A DNA stretch of 64,000 nucleotides from Octopus sinensis (lineage: Eukaryota): positions 94,240,001 to 94,304,000 of the forward strand of contig NC_043000.1 in assembly GCF_006345805.1 (NCBI RefSeq). Direction: 5' to 3'. The notes under the pieces were generated by a model. The model worked only from the letters and a program-made list of their open reading frames with translations. It searched no databases and was not told the origin of the DNA. The position numbers were made by a program, and so were the translations under genes. Shown piece after piece: positions 24,919-38,551 of this stretch (within the stretch, counting starts at the first letter, position 1; each line of letters begins with the position of its first letter).

Positions 24919-25054
24919 CAGTAGCAGCAGTAGCAGCAGCAGTAGCAGCAGCAATAGCAGAAGTAGTGGCAGTAGTAGCAGCAGCAGTAGTAACAGCAGA
25001 AGTAGGAGCAGCAATGGCAGAAGTAGTAGCAGTAGTAGCAGTAGCAGCAGCAGC

Positions 25055-25101
<47 letters not shown>

Positions 25102-25207
25102 TGGCAGCAGCAGCAGTAGCAGCAGCAATAGCAGACGTAGCAGCAGTAGTAGCAGTAGTAGTAGCAGCAGTAGCAGCAACAGTAGCAGCAGAAGTAGGAG
25201 CAGCAAT

Positions 25208-25284
<77 letters not shown>

Positions 25285-25285
25285 G
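23760..25285. repeat. Low-complexity (TTC/TCC) tract followed by a (TAG)n/(CAG)n mosaic microsatellite
   Basis: Seen directly; source of the long poly-L/T/A/V/Y ORFs. Confidence 0.9.
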
Positions 25286-25764
25286 GATCTTTTCTGTTTG
25301 GTTGCCACTTTTCAATTTCTTCAATTTTTGTTCCAATTGATTTTGTATTAGGTGTAATGATGTAGTTTTTTATGCGAATCATTGACATGAAATTCATGTC
25401 GTGCGTTAAAAAGCAGAATTCCGCCAATATTTCATTTGTTTACAGTTGACAACACGTGCAGTCACGCACAAAACGATAGCTTCCAAATCCTGTTTTCTGA
25501 CAGGGTAAAAATATGATCAAACTTTAAACTTCTGTAACCCTTTTAAAAAGTTATTCTGGATAAAGAAAAATATCACGCCGAGATTTAGCGTGGAAAATCA
25601 CATCAATACACCAAATTAAAAAAATTTCGCTAAACTGTGAAATTTCCACAGGTGCAGCAAAACAGAAAAGATTCAGTAGTAGTATAAGTAGTATAAGGAG
25701 GAGAGGCGACGGTAGCAGCAGCAGCAGCAGCAACAGCAACAGCAGCAGCAGCAGCAGCAGCATC

Positions 25765-25827
<63 letters not shown>

Positions 25828-25829
25828 TA

Positions 25830-27720
25830 AAAAGTCTTTTGTCTAGCCTTAATACCACTTTCGAAATTGCTCGATGATACGGCTATAAAATTTTTGAGAA
25901 AAATATAAATTATCTTTTTTATATGGATGATTTAAAACTCTTTGCAAAAAATTACCAACAATTAGAAGGCTTACTGGCAAGTGTTAAACAGTTCGGTGAT
26001 GATATCAGGATGAAATTTGGACTCGTTAAATGTGCAAAAGCTACCTTTATCACAGAAAAATGGTAGAAACATTCAACATAGATCTTGACCAACAGAATGT
26101 CATAAAGGAGTTGGCGCCAGCTGAGAGCTACATATACCTAGGGGTGTCTAAAAGTGATGGAATCAAAAATTCAATGACGAGGGAAAATATTAGAAAGGAA
26201 TGATATTTCAGGATAAAGGCAATACTCAAGACACGGCTGAATGCAAAAAACAGGATCGAAGCCATCAATGCTTTAGCCATACCGGTCGTGACTTACAATT
26301 TCAATATTATTAACTGGTCAGTTACTGAAATCTGTAATATTGATCGAAAAATACGAAAGTTGTTGACAATGCATATAATGCACCACTCTAAGGCAGATAT
26401 AGAACGACTTTACCTACTTAAAAAAGAGGGTGGCCGTGGACTTTTACAATTGGCCTAAACACCTACCTGAAAAGTGATGACTAGATGTTAAAATCTTGTA
26501 TTAAAACATGAAAACAACAAAACATCGTACTCAATAACAAAACAGGCAAAGAAACAGCTAAATGAATTCCAGATACAACAAATCCCAGAATTAGACGTAC
26601 TGGAAACAAGCCCAGAAAATGCTAAGCGTATGAAAACCTCTGCTAAAACTACTGCCTTAGATATTCTTAATGACGAATAGCAAGCAAAACCTCTCAATGG
26701 CAAATACCCAAAGAGAGCTAATAATGCCGATGTTGACAAAGCTCTTACCCATAGATGGTTAGCGTCTTCTGGTTTAAAATCAGAAGCAGAAGCCCAGGAG
26801 CAATGCTTATCTACATGTAGCTACCAGGCCAATATCTTAAAAAACGGTAGTAGCCCAACATGTCGTGTATGTAAGCAACAAAATGAAACCATTGATCATG
26901 TTGTCTCCGTGTACAGTCTTCTTGCGCCTACAGAGTATCTCAACAAGCATGACAAAGCAGCATAGTATATTCACTGGGTAATTTACAACGACTTGGATCT
27001 GCCCAATGACAAAAACTGGTGGGAACACAAACGACCACCAATGTTTGAAAATGACAGCATCCCACTCTTTTGGAACTTCACCGTTCAAATTGATAGGAAG
27101 ATAAATACAAATAGGCCAGATATTATTTTAAGAACTTCAGACAAAATCATGCCTCTTCATCGATATGACTGTCCTAATCGACATAAATGTATCTGTCAAG
27201 ACCTACCAAAAGCTGAGCAAGTATAAACATTTTGAAATAGAAATTGGCAAAATGGTGAACCTCAAGACTAAAACAATACCTGTTGTCATAGGAATGATTA
27301 CAAAAGGGGCTGAGTGCTACCTAGCTCAGATGCCAGGAAATCCAAAAATGGAAAAAATTCAGAAAAATAGTACCCATGGGAATTGGCTATATCCTGCGTA
27401 AAGTATTGTCGATTTAATACCCGAAATATTTTAATCCGTAAACAATGTTAAATTACTTTTAAGTGTACATAACAGCAAACACCTTTTACTGTAATCTTAA
27501 CATCAGGCTATCATCTTATAATCAAATTACTTTTAAATCAAACTTCGAATTTTCTTATGTTTTTACAGACATTCTCTAGAACAATACTATGTGCAAAACC
27601 AAATAAGTGGCACCCTTGTCATAACACCAACTTGAACTTCTAACTTGTTGTCTCTAGGTCTCTGGGTGAGACTTGGAGTAAACTTGTACAAATAGAACGA
27701 AAAAGCCCAAACATATATGA
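25830..27720 (+). mobile_element. R4/Dong-type LINE, 5'-truncated (RT YMDD to RLE and 3' UTR), many stops
   Basis: YMDDLKLFAK at ~25920, CRVCKQQNETIDHVVS, NRPDII, then a 3' UTR ending in (GAT)n. Starts immediately after (TAG)n. Confidence 0.85.
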
Positions 27721-27789
27721 TGATGATGACTACGACGATAAAAGGAAAACCTTAAGCGCTAATTATCCCTCAGGAACAAGTCTGGATTT

Positions 27790-28440
27790 AATTTGATAAC
27801 GGCAATGATTAATAAACGCAGAAAACAAAAATGAAGAATCTGTGTGAAAGGTGACGAAAGTATAAACCATTTCTTTAGTGAATGCAGTAAACTAACACAA
27901 AAAGAGTTTAAGTGCAGCCATAACTGTGAAGGAAAAAGAGTGCCTTAGGACATTAGCCGAGTGTGGATTCAAAATAATAGAAAAGTGATATGAATAGGAA
28001 CCACATGCTGTGGTAGAGTATAAGGATTACAGATTTTTATAAGACTTCCCAATGCATTAAACTGACCATATTTCTGAAGCAAGAAGATTGTAGAGGACAA
28101 AAAAAACAAACGCCGTATCATCATAGTCTTTGCAATACCATATGATAATAGGATGGTTACAAAAGGAATTGGAAAACTTGCGAAATAAGAGAAGCTAGTC
28201 TAAGAGAAGAAGGGATTATAGAAGACTAAGAAGACTCATGTGATAGTTAGTGATCTTGGCAGAAAATCCGAAGTGCTACCTAAGTGGTTGAAAGATACTG
28301 GAATTGAGACTCGCATATTCCAAAGAAGGATTTTTGAAATTTGTTAAGAAGTGTCACCAAACATCAAGACAATATCCCTGCTAATATAGCATGCAGTTAT
28401 AAAAACAACCAAAACAACAACCAGAACAATAAAAATAGAC
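27790..28440 (+). mobile_element. Highly decayed R4/Dong-type CCHC-RLE fragment
   Basis: ICVKGDESINHFFSECSKLTQKEFK and VIVSDLG..LPKWLKDTGIE; ends in (TAA)n. Confidence 0.6.
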
Positions 28441-28529
<89 letters not shown>

Positions 28530-28645
28530 AGAAGAAGAAGAAGAAGAAGAAGAAGAAGAAGAAGAAGAAGAAGAAGAAGAAGAAGAAGAAGAAGAAGAAG
28601 AAGAAGAAGAAGAAGAAGAAGAAGAAGAAGAAGAAGAAGAAGAAG

Positions 28646-30350
28646 AAGGGCACTCAGAGCGCGCAAACCTCCGCCAAGACAACACCAACATCCTTTCAAC
28701 GATTAGCCAGAGATGATTTTTAAAATGAGAATATCTGAAATAAACTCGACTATTCTCACAAACTAGAAAAGCCCTCGGAGAGCGCAGACCTCCTCCAAGC
28801 AGCTCATTTCCACTCATAAACACGCATGCTGAAAATCCCCCAATTTTACAAACCAACGCCGGCAAAAACTTAACCTCCTCCCATACTTATCTCGACCATC
28901 GTCATCAACACAGTCTCTACTTCCACCACAATCACCGTCAAAACTACAATGACCACAATCAGTTTCTTTACAGAGTTGAAAATCCATTATCCGATACTCA
29001 TGGGACCTCGGTTGTTGCAGGTTTTTTTGTTTTTTTTTTCTAATTTCGGAGTACTTTACTAAAAAAAAATTGCATCTACAAAATGGAACAGTTTGAGGAT
29101 AGAAACCAGGTCTAAACACAATAGCTTATACTCTGAATGTAGTTCTACATAAATCTTTAATAATGTTTTAATACTTAAAACCATCAGAAATGTTAAGATA
29201 TCAGTCTCTACCCACGTTGTCATGCTTTGATTAAAAGGTTACAACATAGATTAGATTACTTTAATAAGTTTCGGCCGAAGTTGATTCAGGCCATGTCTAA
29301 TTTAATATCACCACCTGGAAGAGATACACAGTCAGCTCTGGGGAACCGTAGCCCATTCAAGTAGAGGGGTAATGTTTTCAGACATATATATCTGGGTGTG
29401 GGTGGTTTATCTAGTATTTGTTGGGGGTAAACATCTAGGGATCGTTTGAATGCCGTGAAGTCACTTTCCTCCTTTATGTGTGTCTGGCACGATGTTGAAG
29501 AGAGCAGGGCCAATTAAGGTGAAATAGTTCTGTCATAGTGTTGTGATACGACACGAACATTTCTGTAGTGGACGGATGGCACGTGGGCCAAGCGTCGAAC
29601 GAATTTTAAAGACGGGCAATGTTGATGGAATCTTTTCCACATCATACAGATGATATAGAGCTCACAGCGGCGGTGGAAGCAAAGCCTGAGCTTTTTGAAT
29701 CGATCCCAATAGTCAAGGTTTGTCATGCCATCCTTCGCAGACCTCCGCCAAGCAGCTCATTTTAAGATAGATACGGGAGTAAAATTATTAAAAGAGAAAC
29801 GAAAATAAACTTTGAAAACATCAACGCCACCATAGGTTACGTAGAAACGATGGAGGTGTTTTCAAGGGAGATAATCAAAGAACGTATCACTGTAATACTT
29901 CATGAAAAGTAAATATAACAAATAAAAAATCCTTCAAGAATCCATAAAAAGTCACAGATCACTACCAAAATTTCATCATCTCTTCCTTATGTATATACGA
30001 TCTTTTACTGCAAGTTTCATCAAATACCGTTCTCAGCGTTTTGAGTTATTTTGTACACAGACGGACAAACCAACGCCGATGAAAACATAACCTCCTTCCA
30101 ATACTAAAAATGAACCCAACTGCTCTCAAAAATTAAGTTAAAAAACAGGGAAAATAATACAGAATCCTTGTCCGGTACCAGATTGGTCTCAAAATCTTAG
30201 CGGTTCATACCAGTCACGAGGCCAAACATCCCTGAAAGTTTCATCCGAATTCATCCAGCGGTTCTTGAGATATCTTGTCCACGGACAAACAAACAAACAA
30301 ACACGACTGAAAACAATACCTCCACCTTCGCTAAAGCAGAGCTGAGAACA
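28646..30350 (+). mobile_element. Nested Helentron/HINE-like non-autonomous elements
   Basis: Repeated 5' motif (g)agcgca(a/g)acctccgccaag at 28646, 28761 and 29736. 3' ends acaaac..gaaaaca(t/a)aacctcc at ~28870, ~30095 and ~30320, with a (CAAA)n run and terminal stem-loop. The family assignment rests on recalled structural similarity. Confidence 0.5.
29290..29730 (-). mobile_element. CR1/Jockey-superfamily LINE 3' fragment
   Basis: LDYWDRFKKLRL..RRCELYIICMMWK and FKRSLDVY..DKPPTPRY resemble the C-terminus of CR1-like ORF2. Confidence 0.6.
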
Positions 30351-30436
30351 ATAATAATAATAATAATAATAATAATAAGAAGAAGAAGAAGAGAAGAAGA
30401 AGAAGAAGAAGAAGAAGAAGAAGAAGAAGAAGAAGA

Positions 30437-31560
30437 AAGCATCATACTCAGTAACAAAACAGGCAAAGGAATATCTAAGTGAATTCCGAATACAACAAAT
30501 TTCGGAGTTAGAGATAGACATACAAGAAACAGGCACAGAAAAAGCTAAGCGCATGAAAACCCGTGCTAAATCTGCGGCCTTAGATATTCTGAATGATAAA
30601 TGGCAAGAAAAACCTCTCTATGGCAAATACCCAAAGACAGCAAATAATGCAGATGTTGACAAAGCCCTGACCCATCAATGGCTAATGGCCTCTGGCTTAA
30701 AATCTGAAACAGAGGGGTTTATCATAGCAGCTCAAGATCAATGCCTACCAACAAGAAACTACCAGGCCAACATATTAAAGATCAGAAGCAGTCCAACGTG
30801 TCGTGTATGCAATCAACAAAATGAAACCATTGACCATGTGGTCTCCAAGTGCAGTCTTCTAGCGCCTACAGAGTATCTCAACAGGCATGATAGAGCTGCA
30901 CAATATATTCACTGGGTAATCTGTAAAAACCTGGATTTGCCCCATGAAAAAAACTGGTGGGAACACAAACCACCCCCAGTGCTTGAAAATGACCACATCT
31001 CACTCCTCTGGAACTTCACCATTCAAACTGACAGAAAGATAGATGCAAATAGGCCAGACATCATATTGAAAGACTTCAAACAAAGAACATGCCTCCTCAT
31101 TGATATGACTGTCCCAATCGATATAAACGTATCTGTCAAGACCTACCAAAAACTGAGCAAATATAAAGATCTTGAAATAGAAATCAGCAAAATGTGGAAG
31201 CTGAAGACTAAAACAATACCTGGGAATGATAGCAAAAGGGGCTGATAACTACCTAACTCAGATACCAGGAAACCCAAAAATGGCAGAAATTCAAAAGATA
31301 GTGCTCATGGGAACTGCTCATATCCTACGCAAAATACTTTCTATGTAATCTCAAGGTTTAAAACAAACATAATTTTCGGTTAAAAAAAAAAAAAAAAAAA
31401 AAAATTTTTTTTTAGACATTCATTAGTACAACACCCCACCCCCCAAATATATGGCACACTAGGCATAACAACAACATGAACTTCCAACCCTGTTGTCTCT
31501 TGAGGTCTCTGGGTGAGACTTGGAGCCAACTTGTACAAATATAAAGCAAAAGTCAAACAT
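30437..31560 (+). mobile_element. R4/Dong-type LINE, 5'-truncated, well preserved
   Basis: Lies between (GAA)n and a (TAA)n tail; closely similar to 26500-27720. Confidence 0.88.
30553..31245 (+). CDS. Open remnant of the R4/Dong ORF C-terminus: CCHC zinc knuckle and restriction-like endonuclease (not a complete gene)
   Basis: CRVCNQQNETIDHVVSKC (C-X2-C-X7-H-X4-C); RPDIILKD..LLIDMTVP..KLSKYKDL (PD..D/E..K type); frameshifted at the end. Confidence 0.8.
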   Translation: MKTRAKSAALDILNDKWQEKPLYGKYPKTANNADVDKALTHQWLMASGLKSETEGFIIAAQDQCLPTRNYQANILKIRSSPTCRVCNQQNETIDHVVSKCSLLAPTEYLNRHDRAAQYIHWVICKNLDLPHEKNWWEHKPPPVLENDHISLLWNFTIQTDRKIDANRPDIILKDFKQRTCLLIDMTVPIDINVSVKTYQKLSKYKDLEIEISKMWKLKTKTIPGNDSKRG

Positions 31561-31589
31561 AGAATAATAATAATAATAATAAGGCGAAA

Positions 31590-31990
31590 GAATTTGACAA
31601 GCTCAGAAAATATAAAGACTTGCTCATTGAAATTGAGAAAATGTGGCATCTCAAGGCGGTTACAATACTAGTGATCGTAGGAGCACTAGGATTGATCAAG
31701 AAGGGAACCAAAAATTATATGAGAATGATCCCTGGCTTACCATCCCTGCAAGAAGTGCAAAAGATTGTCTTAACTGGTACATCACACGTATTGAGAAGAG
31801 AATTGTCGATGTGAGAACTATTACTACCCATGTATTTTAATTTAACTTTATTTCTATAAAAAAAAAATTAACGAACTAGTGAGTTTAGTTTAATGGCCTA
31901 CTAATGTATACAATGAGTTTCTTTGCCCTAGGAGTCTGGAAGACACTCGGCAAGGAATGGAAGCAAATTTGAAAGAAGAAAAACCCATAA
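31590..31990 (+). mobile_element. R4/Dong-type extreme 3' end (different subfamily)
   Basis: EIEKMWHLKAVTILVIVGALGLIKKG..LQEVQKIVLTGTSHVLRR, then UTR and (TAA)n. Confidence 0.75.
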
Positions 31991-32005
31991 ACAATAATAA
32001 TAATG

Positions 32006-32061
<56 letters not shown>

Positions 32062-32064
32062 TCA

Positions 32065-33090
32065 TAATCCAGCTACTACTAGCCATGCTACTGACGTAAT
32101 TGGAGTAAACAAGTAAATATGTTGGTTATGGAATGTTACTACCGGAACACCCCAGTGGATGCGAATGGCATTCCTGTCAGAGGGTACAGAATACAAATAT
32201 ACACTGAATGGAAAGCAATGGGACAATTAAAAATTACTGAACAGAGATTATATGACCAAGCAAGAGTAATACAAAAGAATGGATGGTTAACAGATTTGGA
32301 GCTAGAGGCCATTAAAAGAAGGATATCGAGTGAGGCTGGGCACGCGAGAAAAGAAAGTGGTATAGTGGAAGGGATGGACAATTGTTCACAAGAATATAAT
32401 ACCGTGAATTATGAAAGATTTTAGATAAGTGATTATTCAAAGAATGAAGAACGATTAATCATAGGCAGAACTTTGGATCTATTAAATACATAAGGGACAG
32501 ACTTTAAGAGGGGTAACCAATGTAGACTAAATCAAGAGACGGGTAAAATCAATAATTTATTGAGACAAATTGAAACAAGAAACATCACACAAACAAATAA
32601 GCTTATGAAGGTTGCTTGTAGGACCGTCACGGAAAGGATAGGATTGAAAACTACCGAGAATAGAACAGCGATGGATAGAAGAGGAAATCAACAACCGTGG
32701 TGGAAAAGGAGGATTTCTGAAGATATAAACTCCTTGAACAGTGTACTGTCAGTACTTGTCAGGAAAAGAAATGGAGAACTTTAGAATGAATGGAGATTAG
32801 AAAAAGTTAGGAAGAAGTATGGTGTAGATACAAAAGGCCTGAATGTTATAATTGAAGAACTGAAGCAGCGCATACCTGCAAAAAAGGCAAAGCCAAATAG
32901 GTTTGAACAACGAATTAAACAATACCAGCAAAACAAGTCCTTTAGAACCAACTAAAAAAGATTTTACCAACAGATTAATGATGACAAAAAAAAAACGTGA
33001 AAGATTAGTCCCTGATGCTGAAGAAAGTCGACTTTTCTGGGATATGAAATCCAAGATAGTGGATAGTGATTGTAAAAGGAAATGTGGAAA
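32065..33090 (+). mobile_element. R4/Dong-type 5' (N-terminal) fragment
   Basis: VMECYY..RGYR..EW..ITEQRLYDQARVIQKNGWLTDLELEAIKRRI and PWWKRRI match the N-terminal region of this clade. Starts directly after (TAA)n. Confidence 0.65.
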
Positions 33091-33720
33091 TTGACGACTT
33101 AAAGTCTGTTCTCAGCATATTGGCATAAAAATAATTCTTCTTTTGCCCTTGATTATGAGTTGTTTATAATTTTAACCTTAAAGGTATTTTAATATGCTGC
33201 CATTTTTGTTGAAATTTTTTTCTGAAAAAAACTTTTATCCTATATTAGTAGTAGTATATATATATATGAAAGAAAGATGATGACAACAATCTGTAAGAAG
33301 AATATAAGAATATAGAAATATTCTCCTGACATACCATGTCACAATCTGTTGACCGATTCTTTAGGTGAACATACCAGATTTAGTACCCTAATCAATAACA
33401 TAGAGTATTTATGTTCTGTATAACTCTATCACCATAGTGAATATGTTAAATTACGTATCTGTGCTTTCGGCCTTTCATCATTATTTAATCGAAGTACATT
33501 TTATGCACAGCGTGAATCAGAAGGGCTGAATTAAATTTAAATATTGAAAATATTCAGTGTGATTTCCACCAACAGTTTATCATCCAAATGTTTCGCAAAA
33601 TCAGAACTCATCATTTCTTAGTTAAGAACTATTCCTTTCATCAGACCTATTAGCCCTTCTTACCTATATCATAAACCGTAAATTATCTATAGTACATTAG
33701 CAATACTAGTTCCAGCTGAA

Positions 33721-33938
33721 GGCGGCGAGCTGGCAGAAACGTTAACACGCCGGGCGAAATGCGTAGCCGTATTTCGTCTGCCGTTACGTTCTGAGTTCAA
33801 ATTCCGTCGAGGTCGACTTTGCCTTTCATCCTTTCGGGGTCGATAAATTAAGTACCAGTTGCATACTGGGATCGATCTAATCGACTGGACCCCTCCCAAA
33901 TAATTCCAGGCTTTGTGCCTAGAGTAGAAAGGAATATT
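33721..33938 (+). mobile_element. SINE family A, best-preserved copy
   Basis: ggcggcgagctggcagaaacgttaacacgccgggcgaaatgcgtagcc...gagttcaaattcc...cctagagtagaaagg. Further copies on both strands through 34070-35430, 45530-46400 and 56460-56660. Confidence 0.9.
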
Positions 33939-34481
33939 AATTCCACCTCACATATTTTACCATTGATTTGGGTCCTTTCATTTTTTGTTTTCTCGCTTTA
34001 CATTTCCGTCATAGCAGATAGATTACCAGACCCGTTCATCCTTATTTCCTGCCTATCGATTAACGCCGTTACTAGAAGCGAGCTGACAGAATCGTTAGCA
34101 CGCTGGGGAAAATGCATTGCGGTATTTCCGTCTTCATGATCTGAGTTCAAATTCCACTGAGGTCAACTTTGCCTTTCATCCTTTCGAGGTCGATGAATAA
34201 GTACCAGTTGAGCACTGATGTCGATATAATCGGCTAGCCCCCTCTCTTAAAATTTCAGGCTTTGTGTCTATAGTAGAAAGGATTATTATTAACCATAAGA
34301 TTGAAAGGCAAAGCCGACCTAGGCGAAATTTCAACTCAGAACATAGCGGCAGACGAAATACCACTAAGCATTTCGCCCCGGCGTACTAACGATTCTGCCA
34401 GCTCGCCGCCTGAATAGTAATAATTATAATCGACTTAATCCATTTCCCAAAATTTGAGGCTTTGTGCCTATAATAGAAAGG

Positions 34482-34525
<44 letters not shown>

Positions 34526-34563
34526 TATTATTATTATTATTACTATTATCATTATCATTATTG

Positions 34564-34655
<92 letters not shown>

Positions 34656-35033
34656 TAATAATATTAAGGCGGCAAACTGGCACAATTGTTAGCACGCTGG
34701 ACCAAATGCTCAGCAGTATTTCGTCCGTCGCTGCATTCTGAGTTCAAATTCTGCCGATTTCGACTTTGCCTTTCATATTTTCGGGGTCGATGTAATCGCC
34801 TAGTCCCCTACCCTCATGCTTATAGTACAAAAGACTATTATTATTGTTGTTGTTGTTGTTGTTGTTATCATTATTCTTATTCTTATTATCATTATTATTA
34901 TTATTATCATTATTATTATCATTATTATTATTATTGAGTGAGAGAGCAGTTCATGCCATCAAAGTGACACTGGGGTAAAATATACGAAGCCCAATATACC
35001 CATCATGACTACCCGTCTGATAAAGGTACACCA

Positions 35034-35097
<64 letters not shown>

Positions 35098-35132
35098 TAT
35101 TATTATTATTATTATCATCATCATTATTATTA

Positions 35133-35295
35133 TTCTGGTTCGGTCAGGATCTCCAAGTGGACAAGAACTGGGGCGAGGTAACAGACAGGGTGGCCAGTCT
35201 CACCCAGAAATTGTCCGATAGGAAACTGTCCCTGAAAGGTTGGGAGGAAGTGGCGAATGCGTACGTCGCAGCCGTGATATACTACTGCCTGGTGA
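35133..35295 (+). mobile_element. Tx1/L1-like fragment fused to a SINE A body
   Basis: DLQVDKNWGEVTDRVASLTQK.SDRKLSLKG.EEVANAYVAAVIYY runs straight into gaaatgcttaacggcatttcg. Confidence 0.6.
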
Positions 35296-35820
35296 AATGC
35301 TTAACGGCATTTCGACCGTCTTTACGATCTGAGTTCGAATTCCACTGTGGTCGACTTTGCCTTTCATCCTTTCAGGGTTGATGAAATAAGTACCAGTTAA
35401 ACACTGGGGTCGAAATAATCGACTTACCCCAAAACTGCTGAAAACAATTTTCTAAATTTCTTTATGTGCTGTAACGTGTCAGTTTCATGTGTAACTAAGT
35501 ATGAGAGATTATAGTTTAACTTTTTGATTGCAGTGGCGAGACATAATTTACTCTACTCAGTATTGAGTCATTAAATTTTTTAGAGTAGCTTTGACACCTT
35601 TGACACGTTCCATATTCATTTCGGTATCGAAGTAGGTGGATAGTTAATGTATAATTGTATCTTAGGAATAGTTTCAAGGCATTAATTTTAATAATTCATT
35701 TAGAGGAGTTAATTTAAATCTTGTATGTAAGATTAATTGTTAGTTCAGATGTATTAACAGAATCGGGAGAAAATCTGACAAACTGACTGATGGTATTTAG
35801 TAGAAAGGATTACTATTATT

Positions 35821-35874
<54 letters not shown>

Positions 35875-36249
35875 GTTGTCGTTGTTGTTGTTGTCGTCGT
35901 CGTCGTCGTCGTTGTTGTTGTCTTTGCACAGCTTCTAAGACTAGAGATGTAGTACGGTGTCAGTTGTTCACTACCAGTGGACTAAGGTAATACCCCTTAT
36001 TTTTCCAGCACCATCCAGAGTATTCGAGCGGATCCAAGGAGTGCTGTTTTCTGCAAGTGCTCCACCCTTATTGCAGCCTCTATTTGCTCCATATACTTCT
36101 CAAGATTTATACTCACTGTTCCCAGGGTTCCGAACTTATTGGTACTACTGCCACCTTTTTCAGCGACTACAACTGCTTAACCTCACAAGCTAACCTGTCA
36201 TATTTATCAGATTTTTTTTTCCTTATCGCATACATTGTAGTTAGCTGGG

Positions 36250-37215
36250 CATGATATATCTATGATCCAGCATAGTTTGTTTTCTTTCTCAATTAAAACT
36301 ATGTCTGGCTTCCTGTTCTCTATCTCAGGGTCGCACTGAATCATAAAATCCCATAGGATCTTTGCGTTTCCATTTTCGACGATGCCTTCAGGTTTGTAGT
36401 TGTACCAATTTTTTGCTCTGTCAAGTCCATACTTGTTGCAGAGTGTCCAGTGGACAAGTCTGACTATATTGTCATGGCATCTCTTATATTCCTTCTGGGC
36501 TAGTGGCGTAAATTGCCTGCTAATGTGCTATACAGTTTGACCGCTTTGTCCACAGATTCTGCACTTATCACTTTCTGCTGTGTTGTCTATTCTGTATTTT
36601 ATGTAGTTTGTTCTTAGTGCTTGCTCTTGGGCAGCACAGATTAGATGCTCCGTTTCCCGTTTTAAATCACTTTTAGTTAGCCACAGCCATCTTTTTTCTC
36701 TGTCTGTCTTATCTTCAACGTCCCTATGAAATTGACCATGCATTCTTTTCTTTAACCACTTATTTACAGTTTCATTCGTTTTCAATTTCTTGTATAGTGC
36801 TTTATCTTTGCAATCTTTCATCCTACACAAGCCTGAACTTCTTACTTTTAATAATAGCGGTTCTGTGGCATTTTTTGCATACCATACTATGTTGTTTTCT
36901 TCTACTCTAATGCTGTGTTCGCATCCAATAAGTCCTCTTCTCCCTATTTTCTTGGTACATACAGTCTGTCTCTGTCACTTTTTGGGTGGAGTGACCATAT
37001 CTAGTTATCAACTTCCTTGTCTTTCTGTCTAAGTTGTTTAGTTCGTCTACTACCCATGCGATTACCCCTTCTCCATATCTAAGGAGTGAAACCGCCCAGG
37101 TGTTGATAGTTTCCATCTTATTCTGTCCGTTTAATTTCGACTTAAGGATTAGTCTCGGTCTGCGCAAATATTCCACCTTAAATTTTTCTGTCATTTCTTT
37201 CTCCATCAATTGATG
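36250..37215 (-). mobile_element. R4/Dong-type RT C-terminus, CCHC and partial RLE
   Basis: ILKSKLNGQNKMETINTWAVSLLRY; MHGQFHRD..LICAAQEQALRTNYIKYRID..CRICGQ. The 5' end abuts (TTA)n. Confidence 0.85.
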
Positions 37216-37220
37216 GAGAA

Positions 37221-37258
<38 letters not shown>

Positions 37259-37275
37259 CATTATTATTATTATTA

Positions 37276-37339
<64 letters not shown>

Positions 37340-37350
37340 CATCATCATCA

Positions 37351-37417
<67 letters not shown>

Positions 37418-38519
37418 CATTACTAAAGGCAACGAGCTGGCATAATCATTAGCGCCTCGGAGAAAATAATTAGCGGCATTTCTTCCGACTCGTTACATTC
37501 TGCGTTCAAATTCCGGCGAAACCGGGTGGACGAAATAAACGCCACTTCAACAGTGAAACCGATGCGATCGACTTTATCCTACTTTCTCCTTTTCTCAAAA
37601 TTACTGGACTTGTGCTTCATTCAAAAACTTTATTTCTTATTCTGTACCGGAATAGAAGGGAATCCACTTGTATTACTGGTACTTGTGCTTAAACATATAA
37701 ATAACTGAAACTCTTTGATTGTTAAGTTTAAACTATGTCGGACAGTCGATTAACTACAACGACCAACCCACAGTCCTACTTGCCAACCAGGCTTCTTTTT
37801 TCTTTCTTTTCTTCTTTTTTTTTTATTTTGTTATTTCTCAACCACAGTCCCGCTTCATGAGAGATATATAAACCACAATGGGTGAAGGGGATAGATAGAG
37901 AGGGAATGGTGAGTGAGAGCTCTCTCACTTCTTCGTTTTCTTTTGGTACTGGTCCAAATTATTGACTGGCTCCTTCTTAAGTTGTATATCAAAATTACGT
38001 GCAGTTTGCTATCGATCTCTTATCTATCCACTAATCAAAGAGAAACCTATACGCCGACATGTGTGCGTGGTGTGTATCATTGTGTGTATGCTTGTGTGTG
38101 TGTGTGTGTGTGTATGCTTGTGTGTGTGTGTGTGTGTGTATGCGTGTGTGTGAGGCTTGCAGTAAAAGAGAGATGGAGTGGTAGAGGGGTGGGGTGAGTT
38201 AAGTAGAGGGAGTCGTTGAGTAGGAGTGAGTGATGAAGAAGCGGGGACGGTATGTTAGTGGATAAAGAAAGTGATGCCGAGGAAATTAAAAATGGTCGGG
38301 GTAGGGGAAGTAATAATAGAGAGAGAAAAAGAGGGAAAGACGTGTACTTGTGTGTATGTGTATGTGTGTGTGTGAGTGTGTGTGCGTGTGTATGTATGTG
38401 TGTATGTGTTCGTGAGTGCATGTATATGTATGTACGTGGTTTTGAGATGGACAGACACATATATCGATCTGTTTATCGTTTTGTGTGTGTATATATATAT
38501 ATAGATATATATATATATG

Positions 38520-38551
<32 letters not shown>

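Noticed and set aside
33721-33810. tRNA genes at SINE heads (also 14586 and 43560-43640)
   Set aside because: A/B-box-like motifs are present but there is no full cloverleaf, and each continues into a SINE body.
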